In this document: one piece after another, positions 18,688 through 29,260 of the stretch
Numbering within the stretch: position 1 is the stretch's first letter
Layout: the number at the start of each line of letters is the position of its first letter
Virus record (IMG/VR): IMGVR_UViG_3300024348_000005
Coordinates: 83,744-147,743 of that record
Length of the DNA stretch: 64,000 nucleotides
Origin: a virus
Strand: one strand, 5' to 3'
Program-made: the position numbers and the translations under genes
The notes under the pieces: generated by a model
What the model was told of the DNA's origin: nothing
Seen by the model: the letters and a program-made list of their open reading frames with translations, nothing else
Database searches by the model: none

Positions 18688-20117
18688 GTCATAAATTAGG
18701 TATATGTATACCATATAGAAATCGGAAGGAACATGTGGAACAATTAATTCCACATTTAACAAAATACCTTAATGAAAGGGGTGTTGAACATAAATTTTAT
18801 ATAGGACATCAAGTAGACGATAAATTGTTTAATAGAGGTGCAATGAAAAACATTGCAGCACATTATGCATTTGAAGATGGATGTGATTATATTGCTTGGC
18901 ATGATGTTGACATGTTAGCGTTAGAAAAAGACGAATTAATTTGTGATTATTCTTATCCCGAAGAAACACCAATTCATATAGCAACTAAATTATCAAAGTA
19001 TCAATATGGTTTAGGATATGATCAGTATTTTGGTGGGGTTGTATTGTTTAATAAAGAACAGGCATATAAAACAAACGGATACTCAAACGACTATTGGGAT
19101 TGGGGACAAGAGGACGATGATTTATTTTGGAGATGTTATTTTGAAGATTATACAACAGGAAAAATTTTAAAAAATTATGGAGATAGAAAAGTGTTGTATT
19201 TTAATGGTGAGAACTCAGTTTTAAAATTACCAACAAATAGAGAAATTAGTGCATCATTACATAATGAATTCACAATTTCGATGTTGTTCAGTGCAGAACA
19301 ACAACCAGAAAAAGTACCCATTTGGTTGGTTGGTGATAAAGAAAAGAAATTCATAGAATATCCGTTACTTAGGAAAGAAGGTTCTTGGACGTGGGGTTTA
19401 TCTTTTAATAATTCACGTGCATTAACGATGGTCATGTTTGATAAAAATAATAATCATCATTATAATTGGGGAAAAAGATTTGAGAATTTATGGACATGGG
19501 TAACATTATCATATTCAAAAGAAAATAGAGGTGCTTACCTTTACATCAACAATGAATTGATATGTCAAATGAACGGAATAAAAGAAGATAAACCTTTCCC
19601 AATAACTGAGGATTTGAAATCACACGATTCAATAAGACCGTTTCTAATTGGATTTTGTGAACATATGAATACACACTTTAAAGGTAAGGTTGCTGAGATA
19701 AAAATGTTTAATAAATTCATTGATAATATTAATGAAGCAATTGATGAAGAAAATAACTTAACTTTACATTATAACTTTAACGATAGTTTAACGGATTTGG
19801 TTAATGACGGTGAATGTGAAAAAGAGAACGTTGAATTAATAACTGATAAAGTAGAGTTGGTTGAGAATGTTTTACCATTTAGAAGGGAGGGTAATTTCTA
19901 TTGTATGTCACACGAAGATGAGGGGTTTGTTGATGGAACATGGAAAAAAGGTGAGACAACCGCAAAAAATGAAAGAAGATTTGTTACAGAAATGCAACAA
20001 AAGAAAATAAATTATAAAGAAGACGGATTAAAAAATATTTTAAGTGTTTTGGATGTGGACAATATAGACCAAGAAACATACCCGAACACAATGTTTATAA
20101 ATGTAAAAATGAAATGA
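18684..20117 (+). CDS. Second GT7 enzyme with inserted LamG-like domain
   Basis: IPYRNR, FNRGAMKN, WHDVD, YFGGV, SNDYWDWGQEDDD; same architecture as 17260. Confidence 0.8.
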   Translation: MSHKLGICIPYRNRKEHVEQLIPHLTKYLNERGVEHKFYIGHQVDDKLFNRGAMKNIAAHYAFEDGCDYIAWHDVDMLALEKDELICDYSYPEETPIHIATKLSKYQYGLGYDQYFGGVVLFNKEQAYKTNGYSNDYWDWGQEDDDLFWRCYFEDYTTGKILKNYGDRKVLYFNGENSVLKLPTNREISASLHNEFTISMLFSAEQQPEKVPIWLVGDKEKKFIEYPLLRKEGSWTWGLSFNNSRALTMVMFDKNNNHHYNWGKRFENLWTWVTLSYSKENRGAYLYINNELICQMNGIKEDKPFPITEDLKSHDSIRPFLIGFCEHMNTHFKGKVAEIKMFNKFIDNINEAIDEENNLTLHYNFNDSLTDLVNDGECEKENVELITDKVELVENVLPFRREGNFYCMSHEDEGFVDGTWKKGETTAKNERRFVTEMQQKKINYKEDGLKNILSVLDVDNIDQETYPNTMFINVKMK

Positions 20118-22207
20118 GAATAGAGTATCAAAAACCTTGGTTTTTAAAATCAAAATCATCCGAGACAAACATCTTGGTTAACAGAAACTTTTCTTTGAGT
20201 GTTTCATTCAAAGTGGAAAAGAATTTTAAAAAAGATGATAAAATTGGTTTTTTAGGAATTCCTGGTAAGAATTTTGGAATTAGTTATGACTATGAAGTCG
20301 ATGCGTTTGTGTTCGAGTTTTGGACAAAAAAACCTGAAGGTGAACCGGAGTTTCATTGCTTTGTTTATGACCACATTAATGAAACAATACTTGCTAAAGG
20401 TGTAACAATCACAATTACATTCGATGGTAACAATTTTATTCTTTACAAAGATTTTAGAGTTTTTGATACCATTCAGGTATCAAATCCATTGATTGAAGAT
20501 TATAACAATGAACCATTATATCTTGGTTGTCACAACTTAGATAGTTTAGTTAAGAGACACGCTTGTTATACTGAAATGGAAATTACTCACTTAAGTATTT
20601 TTGATGGGGTAATACCAATGTCATTGTTAAAAAGTTATGTGTTAGGTGAAATACCTTTAATTACTGGTAATCATATTAACCAAGTTCTTTGTTATTTCAC
20701 ATTTGAGGATAACACCAGCGAAGATTTATTAATATATGATGGAGTTAAAGATTTATATTTCTTAAAGAAAAGAAATAAGATGTCAATGGTTGGTTTTAAA
20801 CTTGCCAAAGATAAATTAGATTCCGTTGGGTGTGGATTCTGTTTGGCTAAGTGGACACAAGTAACAATGCACTTACACAATGGTACAACACACAGTTGTC
20901 ATCACCCAATCCCACATAAAGTTGGGTTGGAGGAGGTTTCAAGAAATCCAACCGCATTACATAATAGTAAAATAAAAAAACAAGCAAGAAAAGAAATGCT
21001 TGAGGGTAAAAGACCAAGTGAATGTGGATATTGTTGGAACGTGGAAGACAACACAAATTCATATTCCGATAGGGTATTCAAATCCTCTGAACCATGGTCA
21101 GAACCGCATTTTGATGATATTGCCAAATCGGATTGGAGAGATGATTTTAATCCAAAATACGTTGAGGTTAGTTTTTCAAACACATGTAATTTTAAATGTG
21201 CATATTGTGGTCCTGAATATTCTTCTAAATGGATGGAAGAGGTTACAGAACACGGAGCTTATATGTTATCTCACGAATATAATGGTATAAGAAGATTAGA
21301 AGAGAATAAAACAAAACCATACAAACACACAGAACACAATCCTTATGTTGAGGCATTTTGGGAGTGGTGGCCTGACATGTATAATAGTTTAGATACCTTT
21401 AGAATCACGGGTGGAGAACCTTTATTATCTAAAGATACATGGAAGGTACTTGATTACATTATCGAGTCAGAGAATCCAAATAAAGAACTAAAACTATCTA
21501 TTAATTCTAACTTAGGAGTACCAGACGAATTGGTAGATAAATTAATTTTAAAGTTAGATCAAATTATCAAGGAAGAAAGAGTTAAAGAGGTTATTATTTT
21601 TACATCATGTGATGCATACGGTGCTCAAGCTGAGTATAGTAGATACGGGATGGACTTCGATAAAGTATTCAATAACATTGATAAAATATTAACTAAATTA
21701 GAGAAAGTTACAGTTGTTATTATGTCAACATTTAACATCTTTAGCGTTTATTCATATGAAAAATTAATTAAAAAGGTTTATTCATATAAAGTAAAACACT
21801 TTAACACTATAAGATATTGGAATTCACCACTAATATTGGATACGTCTTTCTTAATTAATCCAGATTTCTTAAGTTTTAGAATATTAAAAGATTATTTGGA
21901 TGTTGAATATTTCGAAAGATGGGAAAAATATATGAAGTTTAATTCAACATTTAGAAGTTTAAATTTCCATAAAACACAAGACATAAATGATGTTGGATTT
22001 TCAACAAAAGAAATTGAGAAGATTACTCGTATTAAAGAAATGTTTGTAACGGATGCCACATCACCGGAAAGAACATTTGAAAGATGTAAACTTGATTTCT
22101 TAAATTTCATTAAAGAATATGAAAAAAGAAGAGGCATGAAATGTGAGGAATATTTTCCTGAATTAACTAAATTTATTAAAGATATTGAATATGAAAATAA
22201 AATATAA
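20114..22207 (+). CDS. LamG-like domain fused to twitch-type radical SAM enzyme
   Basis: CLAKW...HSCHHP...CGYCW auxiliary Cys motif; CNFKCAYC; ITGGEP. Confidence 0.85.
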   Translation: MRIEYQKPWFLKSKSSETNILVNRNFSLSVSFKVEKNFKKDDKIGFLGIPGKNFGISYDYEVDAFVFEFWTKKPEGEPEFHCFVYDHINETILAKGVTITITFDGNNFILYKDFRVFDTIQVSNPLIEDYNNEPLYLGCHNLDSLVKRHACYTEMEITHLSIFDGVIPMSLLKSYVLGEIPLITGNHINQVLCYFTFEDNTSEDLLIYDGVKDLYFLKKRNKMSMVGFKLAKDKLDSVGCGFCLAKWTQVTMHLHNGTTHSCHHPIPHKVGLEEVSRNPTALHNSKIKKQARKEMLEGKRPSECGYCWNVEDNTNSYSDRVFKSSEPWSEPHFDDIAKSDWRDDFNPKYVEVSFSNTCNFKCAYCGPEYSSKWMEEVTEHGAYMLSHEYNGIRRLEENKTKPYKHTEHNPYVEAFWEWWPDMYNSLDTFRITGGEPLLSKDTWKVLDYIIESENPNKELKLSINSNLGVPDELVDKLILKLDQIIKEERVKEVIIFTSCDAYGAQAEYSRYGMDFDKVFNNIDKILTKLEKVTVVIMSTFNIFSVYSYEKLIKKVYSYKVKHFNTIRYWNSPLILDTSFLINPDFLSFRILKDYLDVEYFERWEKYMKFNSTFRSLNFHKTQDINDVGFSTKEIEKITRIKEMFVTDATSPERTFERCKLDFLNFIKEYEKRRGMKCEEYFPELTKFIKDIEYENKI

Positions 22208-22928
22208 AGAACCATATTGGTTAAAATATAAGTGGGACATAACCAATCATCACGATAATCAATACGTAACCAAACACGATAAAGAAGAGAATTACGTTTT
22301 CAATGAATTTCTTCATAAAGATGAGTATATTATTACGTGTAATTTTAAAATAAAAAGCCATTATAAGACAGATACAATCTGTATGGTATATGGTAAACCC
22401 GGTAAGAATTTTGGTTTATCTTATAATACCGAATCAAAAACATTAGCATTAGAATTTTGGTCTTTAAATGAACCAAACGATAAAGTTCATTTTGTGCCGT
22501 TCAAAACAGTGACCGAAAAAGATGTGAGTAGAGGTATTACCGTTTCTATTATAAGAAGAAACAATACATTTATTTTATATAGGGAATTTGAAGAAGATAA
22601 CGTGTATGAATTTGAAAATAATTTGGTAGAAGACTACAAATACGATGGATTATATGTTGGATGTTCAAGTCCCGATTGTGAAACGGAAAGACAAAGATAT
22701 CACGGGGAAATGGATGTCAATCACTTATCCATACTAACCTCAACATCTAACATTAACGACGCGGTAGATGTATATGGTAACGAACCAGAAACACTATTAA
22801 ATCGAAGATACTACGATAATTTAATTTGTCTTTTTGATTTCAAAAATGTAAACAATTTAGGTATTGTATATGATGAATCAAAATATACTAATTTTTTAGA
22901 GAAAGTACCTAAAGAATATATAAAATAA
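22191..22928 (+). CDS. Stand-alone LamG-like protein homologous to the N-terminal domain of 20114
   Basis: GKPGKNFGLSY...LEFW versus GIPGKNFGISY...FEFW; LY[VL]GC; HLSI. Confidence 0.65.
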   Translation: MKIKYKEPYWLKYKWDITNHHDNQYVTKHDKEENYVFNEFLHKDEYIITCNFKIKSHYKTDTICMVYGKPGKNFGLSYNTESKTLALEFWSLNEPNDKVHFVPFKTVTEKDVSRGITVSIIRRNNTFILYREFEEDNVYEFENNLVEDYKYDGLYVGCSSPDCETERQRYHGEMDVNHLSILTSTSNINDAVDVYGNEPETLLNRRYYDNLICLFDFKNVNNLGIVYDESKYTNFLEKVPKEYIK

Positions 22929-22963
22929 CAATAAAATTAAGTATATTATAAAAAAAGATTAAT

Positions 22964-24421
22964 ATGTCAGAACAATTAAGGGAGTGGAGAGATAAAAACC
23001 TGAATTCAATAAGTTGTAGCTTCTGTGCAGCTAAGTGGTACAACGCAAGTTTACACTTAGGTCATGGTTTTACAAACTCGTGTCACTTACCATTACCACA
23101 CCCAATTGATTTAGAAGAAATTAAAACAAATCCTTCCGCACTTCACAATACAAAACATAAAAAAGAAATGCGTCGTATGATGTTGACGGGAGTGAAACCT
23201 GCTGAATGTTCATACTGTTGGAAGATTGAAGATATTGGTCGTGGTAATATTTCCGACCGAGTTTATAAAAGTCAAATCTACAAAGAGGAAGATATTGAAG
23301 CACTTAAACACATTCCTTGGGACCAAGACATTCCCTTGAAAACTGTTGAGGTTAGTTTTGACCGTATCTGTAACTTCGCATGTACATATTGTAACTCAGG
23401 TTATAGTACAACTTGGGGTAAAGATATTAAAAACAATGGACCTTATCAGAAATTTAAAACGACCAGTGCTGGTGCATATTATGCGGATGGTTCTTGGTCT
23501 GAAACTTATGGTAAGTACGCTGGTGATAATCCATATGTTAACGCATTTTTAGAATGGTGGCCCGAATTATCACAAACATTGGAAGAGATAAGAATTACGG
23601 GTGGAGAACCATCTCAGAGTCATAATTTTTGGGCTTTCATGGAAACAATGAAACAATACCCATCACCTAATTTGAGACTCGCAATCAACTCTAATTTAGG
23701 TTTAAATCAAGCAACGTTAGATAGGTTAGTTAATATAACACACGAAGTTAAGGTTAAAGAATTTGACATTTACACAAGTTGTGAGGCGTACGGCGAACAA
23801 GCGGAGTATATTCGTGACGGTTTGAAGTACGATTTATGGAGAGAAAATTTAATAAAGATTATTGAGAACGCGAACATTAGACAAGTTGTTATCATGATGA
23901 CAATTAATAGTTTATGTTTGTTTAGTATTACAGAATTTTTAGATGATATGTTAAAACTTAAAAAACAATACGGTACACATAAACCAATTGTTGATTTTAA
24001 TATTTTAAGATGGCCTTCATTTATGTCACCATTAACTTTACCAAATGATATCAAGTACGAATTACACGGTAAATTATCAATGTGGTGGAGAAAACACAAA
24101 AAGAATCCATTAATTAATATGCACGAAGGTGCACAAATCGAAAGATTGATTGATTACATTGAGGTAGTTAACAGAGGACATAATACTACTGAAATGGATA
24201 TGGAACTACAATTCCACGATTTCAAAAGTTTCTACACACAGTACGATGTTCGTAGAAATAAAAGTTTTGTTGACACATTTCCAGAATTAGCTGATTGGTA
24301 TAATGGTCTTAAAATTGACAACACAATACCTGACGTTAAAATAACGGATGGTAAAATAACACATTTTGAGTCTGGAATTTATGAATCAGATGTTCAAAAT
24401 TATAACAAATCAATAGAATAA
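22964..24421 (+). CDS. Twitch-type radical SAM enzyme
   Basis: CAAKW...NSCHLP...CSYCW; CNFACTYC; ITGGEP. Confidence 0.88.
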   Translation: MSEQLREWRDKNLNSISCSFCAAKWYNASLHLGHGFTNSCHLPLPHPIDLEEIKTNPSALHNTKHKKEMRRMMLTGVKPAECSYCWKIEDIGRGNISDRVYKSQIYKEEDIEALKHIPWDQDIPLKTVEVSFDRICNFACTYCNSGYSTTWGKDIKNNGPYQKFKTTSAGAYYADGSWSETYGKYAGDNPYVNAFLEWWPELSQTLEEIRITGGEPSQSHNFWAFMETMKQYPSPNLRLAINSNLGLNQATLDRLVNITHEVKVKEFDIYTSCEAYGEQAEYIRDGLKYDLWRENLIKIIENANIRQVVIMMTINSLCLFSITEFLDDMLKLKKQYGTHKPIVDFNILRWPSFMSPLTLPNDIKYELHGKLSMWWRKHKKNPLINMHEGAQIERLIDYIEVVNRGHNTTEMDMELQFHDFKSFYTQYDVRRNKSFVDTFPELADWYNGLKIDNTIPDVKITDGKITHFESGIYESDVQNYNKSIE

Positions 24422-25704
24422 TGTATTTCGCTTTCGAAGATAAATTTAATTTACAGAATTTTATTAATTGTAAGGACATTAATAAATCCACAATACCAAG
24501 ATTTAGTACATCCCCTCTACTAACATCATCACAAATATATTTCCAACAAAGTGACCCAAATGAAATGGTTTATTTTAATTCAACGGATAATATTGACGGT
24601 GATTATATTATAAGTGCAAGTGTTAATCATAGTCCAGATGATTGGACTGGACACGACCCAAGAGTTGAAACATTTTTTAGTCATTTAAATGAAAAATATT
24701 TAAAAGATTTAAGAGACAACAAGGCTTACTTGATGTTAGATCAAAGTTTAGAAGGATATCAAACGCCATGGTTGTGGGATTATTTTCATCAACAATGTGC
24801 CGAATGGAAAGTGTCACCAATACGTATGATTTACGTTACTGGTAATATGATTGCAGATGATGTGTACGAAAAATGGGCTAATGACAATAACGTTATTGAA
24901 CGAATGAAAGTTATTCCGTACGCACATTTTGAATTAGATATGGGAATGACAGCACACGGTAGATCAAAAGGTGAAAAGTCTAACCCATTACCAAGTTTCC
25001 AAGAACATATTGATTATAAAACAAAAAATGAAGAAAAAATAAAATCATTTGCGTGTTTAAACAAAAGAATAAGACCACATCGTGTATGGTTTTATAATTA
25101 CCTATATCATTCGGGTTTATTAAATAAAGGTTTAGTAAGTATGAATGAATTTCCTAAACATTTGTATAATTGGGAAGGTAAAATGATATATGATAATGAG
25201 TTAGATGAAATAACAAAAAATTTACCATTACAGGTTTATAACAAACCTAACGATGAATTAGATGATAGCTTTTATATCAATAGATTTAATGATGAAATTT
25301 GTTTAGACACATTCGTAACCGTTATTAGTGAAGCACATTGTGGAGATGGAGACCAAACCATGTTTTTAAGTGAGAAAACCTTTAAACTTATTGCCTGCCG
25401 ACATCCTTTTATGTTTTTAGGTAATAAAGATAGTTTAAAAATGATGAGGAAGATTGGTTATAAAACATTTGATGGATTTATTGACGAGGGTTACGACTCA
25501 TTACCAACACACGAAAGATTAGAATATTTAATTGAATCAATTAGAAAAGTTGATAATATTGAAAATAAAATTGAATGGTTTAAATCAATGGAGGATATTA
25601 TTGAACACAACTATAACACACTTATTAGTAAACTTTTTGCACCTCCTGAGGCGTATAATGAACTTAAAAGATACTGTATCAAAACAACAAAAAAATTATT
25701 GTAA
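24421..25704 (+). CDS. Putative glycosyltransferase-like protein (N-x-R-x-x-HR / [ST]EKxFK family)
   Basis: CLNKRIRPHR, VISE, LSEKTFK, GYKTF; four paralogs elsewhere in the window. Confidence 0.55.
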   Translation: MYFAFEDKFNLQNFINCKDINKSTIPRFSTSPLLTSSQIYFQQSDPNEMVYFNSTDNIDGDYIISASVNHSPDDWTGHDPRVETFFSHLNEKYLKDLRDNKAYLMLDQSLEGYQTPWLWDYFHQQCAEWKVSPIRMIYVTGNMIADDVYEKWANDNNVIERMKVIPYAHFELDMGMTAHGRSKGEKSNPLPSFQEHIDYKTKNEEKIKSFACLNKRIRPHRVWFYNYLYHSGLLNKGLVSMNEFPKHLYNWEGKMIYDNELDEITKNLPLQVYNKPNDELDDSFYINRFNDEICLDTFVTVISEAHCGDGDQTMFLSEKTFKLIACRHPFMFLGNKDSLKMMRKIGYKTFDGFIDEGYDSLPTHERLEYLIESIRKVDNIENKIEWFKSMEDIIEHNYNTLISKLFAPPEAYNELKRYCIKTTKKLL

Positions 25705-26639
25705 TGTTAGATTGGTATAAAGATGAGTTGATAGAACGTAAAAAAAATAAATCCAAAATATTGATTGGTTTAGGTGATAGTTTCACTCAGGGTCAGGGTG
25801 CTTGCTCAATAGAATTATGGGAAAAATACAATTGGGATTTAGGCACATCGTCTGAAATTGATAATCATGATTTGTTAAAATCATCTTACGAAAATTCTTG
25901 GGTAAACAAGATTTGTGAAAATTATCTAACCGAGTACACACCAATTAATTTAGGAATGACAGGTAGAGGTAATCGAGCCGCAGTTAAAGAATTATATTTA
26001 CATCCAGATTTACAATTGGAAAAATCTAACGAAATAATCGTTGTTTTCATGTTAACCGGAATGGAGAGGTTTGATTTTATTGATAAAGAATTTTTTGAAC
26101 ATGTTCATTATACGACTATGTGGCCAAATAATAATACTAAATTATCATCCGGTTATTTTGAAGAAATATGGAGTGATAAGTTTGGTGTGATTGAATCACT
26201 ATTATCAATTGCCGAAGTTAAAATGTGGTGTAAATTAAATAATGCTAAATTATTATTAATCAGTGCCTTTTCTCCCAATTTTAATAGAGATTACTTTTTT
26301 AATACTTTAATTGGTGATGGTAAAGAAAATAAAAACTATCTATATAAAAACAAAGACTACACAAATCTATTACTTAATAGTAATATTGATTGGGATAATT
26401 TTATTAGACCAAATAATTTTAATTGTGTAACGGATTTTTTATGTCATTTAGAAAATAGAGAAGATTTAATAAATTCATCGTCACCACACCATTACTATGA
26501 ATATGCTTATAGTTTGGATAAAATGAGTCCAAATGGATATATCACAAAATGTGCTCACCCATCGAATAAGGGTCACGAAAAAATTGCGGAATTAATACAC
26601 AATGAAATAATAAAAAATAAAAAAGACAAGTTAATTTAA
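25704..26639 (+). CDS. SGNH/GDSL-like hydrolase or acyltransferase
   Basis: GDSFTQG, NLG..G.GN, C-terminal AHPSNKGH. Confidence 0.7.
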   Translation: MLDWYKDELIERKKNKSKILIGLGDSFTQGQGACSIELWEKYNWDLGTSSEIDNHDLLKSSYENSWVNKICENYLTEYTPINLGMTGRGNRAAVKELYLHPDLQLEKSNEIIVVFMLTGMERFDFIDKEFFEHVHYTTMWPNNNTKLSSGYFEEIWSDKFGVIESLLSIAEVKMWCKLNNAKLLLISAFSPNFNRDYFFNTLIGDGKENKNYLYKNKDYTNLLLNSNIDWDNFIRPNNFNCVTDFLCHLENREDLINSSSPHHYYEYAYSLDKMSPNGYITKCAHPSNKGHEKIAELIHNEIIKNKKDKLI

Positions 26640-27058
26640 TGGAAAAAAGAAGATTCTTACCAACATTATCAGAATTGATAGACAGATTATCAATAGTACA
26701 ATTAAAAGAGGTATTCATACCAGAACATAAAGAAGCGTACGCTCAAGAAATTGCGGATATCACACACGACATACAACTTATTTTAAGTGAAAAAGATGTT
26801 GTTATAACTGGTGAGATGTTGAGAGCGGTTATTGTATGTGCTCAGATGAACTTACATATTTGGCATAACGAATCTAACGTTAGAAGTGGTAAAGAAGGTC
26901 CAAGTATGTTAGCATTAACACACGGAATTAATGGAATAAGAAATACCGCCAAAAACAAAATACAAGAAGTTGTTGGAGGTAGAAAAGATTATAAAATTGA
27001 TTGTATCGCTGCCGATTTTAAAGATTGGAAAGTTAGTTGGCCTAACCAAGAAGGTTAG
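26639..27058 (+). CDS. Conserved-looking hypothetical helical protein
   Basis: ELIDRLSIVQLK...N..IW..E...R...NG.RN..KN.I pattern. Confidence 0.6.
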   Translation: MEKRRFLPTLSELIDRLSIVQLKEVFIPEHKEAYAQEIADITHDIQLILSEKDVVITGEMLRAVIVCAQMNLHIWHNESNVRSGKEGPSMLALTHGINGIRNTAKNKIQEVVGGRKDYKIDCIAADFKDWKVSWPNQEG

Positions 27059-27603
27059 TTAATATAATACAATTCAGGATATTCAACAATTACGTGTATA
27101 CCACCTTCGGTATATGCGTTTTTGTATATTGTTTCAATATTATTCCATTCCTTTAAATCCCAAAATTTAATATTAGGACACATTGATTTAAACTCATCAA
27201 AATAATTTCCTCTATGTTGATGCCCCGGGTCTAATGGTTTATCTGACCCCTTACCCAAACGAATAATCATATTAGGTTTCCATTCGTCCTTACTCATCAA
27301 TCCAATCTTATCAACATGGTTTACTAATTGATTTGTTGCACAGATTATGAAATCCCAACGAGGGTAGAAAGTTATTACAAATTTACCGGCCATAGCTATA
27401 CCTAAACTCATACCCATTTGAGACTCTTCCATTACAGGTAATTCAATTAATTTATTCTTAGGTACATCACCAATTGTTGTACTCATAGGATTACCGTGCC
27501 AAAGGACCTGTTGACCTATAAAAACGGTGTTCTCTTGTTGACCAAGGAAAGTCATTGAATTAGTTAGTGCGTCTTTGTATGGGGTGTATTCTGGTTGACT
27601 CAT
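27055..27603 (-). CDS. ThDP enzyme E1-beta/transketolase pyrimidine-binding domain (short)
   Basis: VFIGQ, IELPVMEESQMGMSLGIAMAG, NQLVNH, PGHQH. Confidence 0.8.
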   Translation of the reverse strand: MSQPEYTPYKDALTNSMTFLGQQENTVFIGQQVLWHGNPMSTTIGDVPKNKLIELPVMEESQMGMSLGIAMAGKFVITFYPRWDFIICATNQLVNHVDKIGLMSKDEWKPNMIIRLGKGSDKPLDPGHQHRGNYFDEFKSMCPNIKFWDLKEWNNIETIYKNAYTEGGIHVIVEYPELYYIN

Positions 27604-28427
27604 TTTAAATCTTTTTGTATGTTATTTATTATATTTTCTGCAATTACTTGGTGACACAATTTAGATGGGTGGTGATCTGACGGTGGGGTCCCTACAAAGT
27701 TATCAAAATCTGATTCAATAACCATGTTTTTATGTTCCCTTTGTAGACCTTCAATTGTTTTATATTCTTTATTTTTATATTTTAATTTAATAAATCTTTC
27801 ACTTAGGTATGGGTCTTTTAATATTGGGGATACCAATTCATTTTGCCAAGATAAAATTTTAACTTTAATACCTTTTTCTTCATAGAACATTACTTCATTT
27901 TTAAGTCGTAAAAATTGTTGTTCCACCATTGATTCATTACAATCATCAAAGGTCTGATTACTATCATAAAACCATTCTAAAAAATCTGGATATCGTTTTT
28001 CAATTTCAGAAAGATTTTGAAGGGGAATGTTTATAAATTTATTTGTGTCGTTTTTATCATAATAAAATTTATTTCTCCACATATGAGATAATTGTATTAT
28101 CATATAATCAAAATCGTGGTGATTAAATTTTTCATATGATATGTGTTCTGCCGTTTTACTCTTTTCCTCAAAAACAAATTTAAAGAATTGAAAAGTTTCA
28201 TCTTCTGACCCACCATTTACATTTTTAAATGCTTCAAATGTGTTGAAATGATTTGCAACCAATCTTGGGTAATATAGAGTTTCTCTAAATTTAATATGTG
28301 ACAATTTTAAATCTTCACCATTAAATACATAATGACTTTTAGGATATTTTAAATCTACCAGATCAGAATAAAAATATAAACCCTGCCCCCAAGTAAATGA
28401 ACATCCGCCAAATATTATTCCTTTCAT
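27600..28427 (-). CDS. SGNH-like protein
   Basis: GCSFTWGQG, NGGS, DHHP. Confidence 0.7.
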   Translation of the reverse strand: MKGIIFGGCSFTWGQGLYFYSDLVDLKYPKSHYVFNGEDLKLSHIKFRETLYYPRLVANHFNTFEAFKNVNGGSEDETFQFFKFVFEEKSKTAEHISYEKFNHHDFDYMIIQLSHMWRNKFYYDKNDTNKFINIPLQNLSEIEKRYPDFLEWFYDSNQTFDDCNESMVEQQFLRLKNEVMFYEEKGIKVKILSWQNELVSPILKDPYLSERFIKLKYKNKEYKTIEGLQREHKNMVIESDFDNFVGTPPSDHHPSKLCHQVIAENIINNIQKDLK

Positions 28428-29260
28428 ATTAAATCCTTTTCTATGTTTTTTATTATATTTTCAGCAATAACTTGATGACATAATTTTGATGGATGATGAT
28501 CTAATGGTGGATTATTCCCAAAACTATCAAAATCTGTTTTAATTACCATGTTTTTATTATTTTCTTGTAAATCCTTTATTGAAGAATAGGATACCCCATT
28601 ATAATTTAAATCTATAAATCTTATACTCAAAAAATCATCATTTTTTAAATAATTAACAATATCATTTTCCCAAGATAATATTTTTGTTTTAATACCCTTT
28701 TCTTCATAGAACATTAGTTCTTTTTTTAATCTAATGTACTGGTTTTCAATTTGTATTTTCTCCCATTCATTAAACGTATAATCGTTAGAATCAAACCACT
28801 CAAAGAACTTAACATTTTTTTCGTTTCTATTTTCTAATATAGGAGCAACATTCGTTTTATAATTAATACCCCCCAATTGAAAATGAAAATCATTTCTAAA
28901 TATGTGAGATATTTGAACTATCATATAATCAAAATCCACATAATCGTATTTTTTTAACATCAAATATTGATGTATATCTCGACCACCCAATAAATTAGGA
29001 ACTAACGAGTTTAGAAAAAAATCAAACGTTTTATCTTCCGACCCACCATTATCTTTTTTGGTCACCTCAAATGTATTGAAATGATTTGCAACCAATCTTG
29101 GATAGTATAATGTGTTTTTAAATTTTATTTGAGCGTCTGTTATTTCTTTTTGATTAAATACATATTCACTTTCAGGATATTTTAAATCCACCAAATCAGA
29201 ATAAAAATATAACCCTTGTCCCCATGTAAAAGAACATCCACCAAATATTATTCCTTTCAT
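28424..29260 (-). CDS. SGNH-like protein (tandem paralog of 27600)
   Basis: First 29 aa identical to 27600; DHHPSKLCHQVIAENII shared. Confidence 0.7.
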   Translation of the reverse strand: MKGIIFGGCSFTWGQGLYFYSDLVDLKYPESEYVFNQKEITDAQIKFKNTLYYPRLVANHFNTFEVTKKDNGGSEDKTFDFFLNSLVPNLLGGRDIHQYLMLKKYDYVDFDYMIVQISHIFRNDFHFQLGGINYKTNVAPILENRNEKNVKFFEWFDSNDYTFNEWEKIQIENQYIRLKKELMFYEEKGIKTKILSWENDIVNYLKNDDFLSIRFIDLNYNGVSYSSIKDLQENNKNMVIKTDFDSFGNNPPLDHHPSKLCHQVIAENIIKNIEKDLI

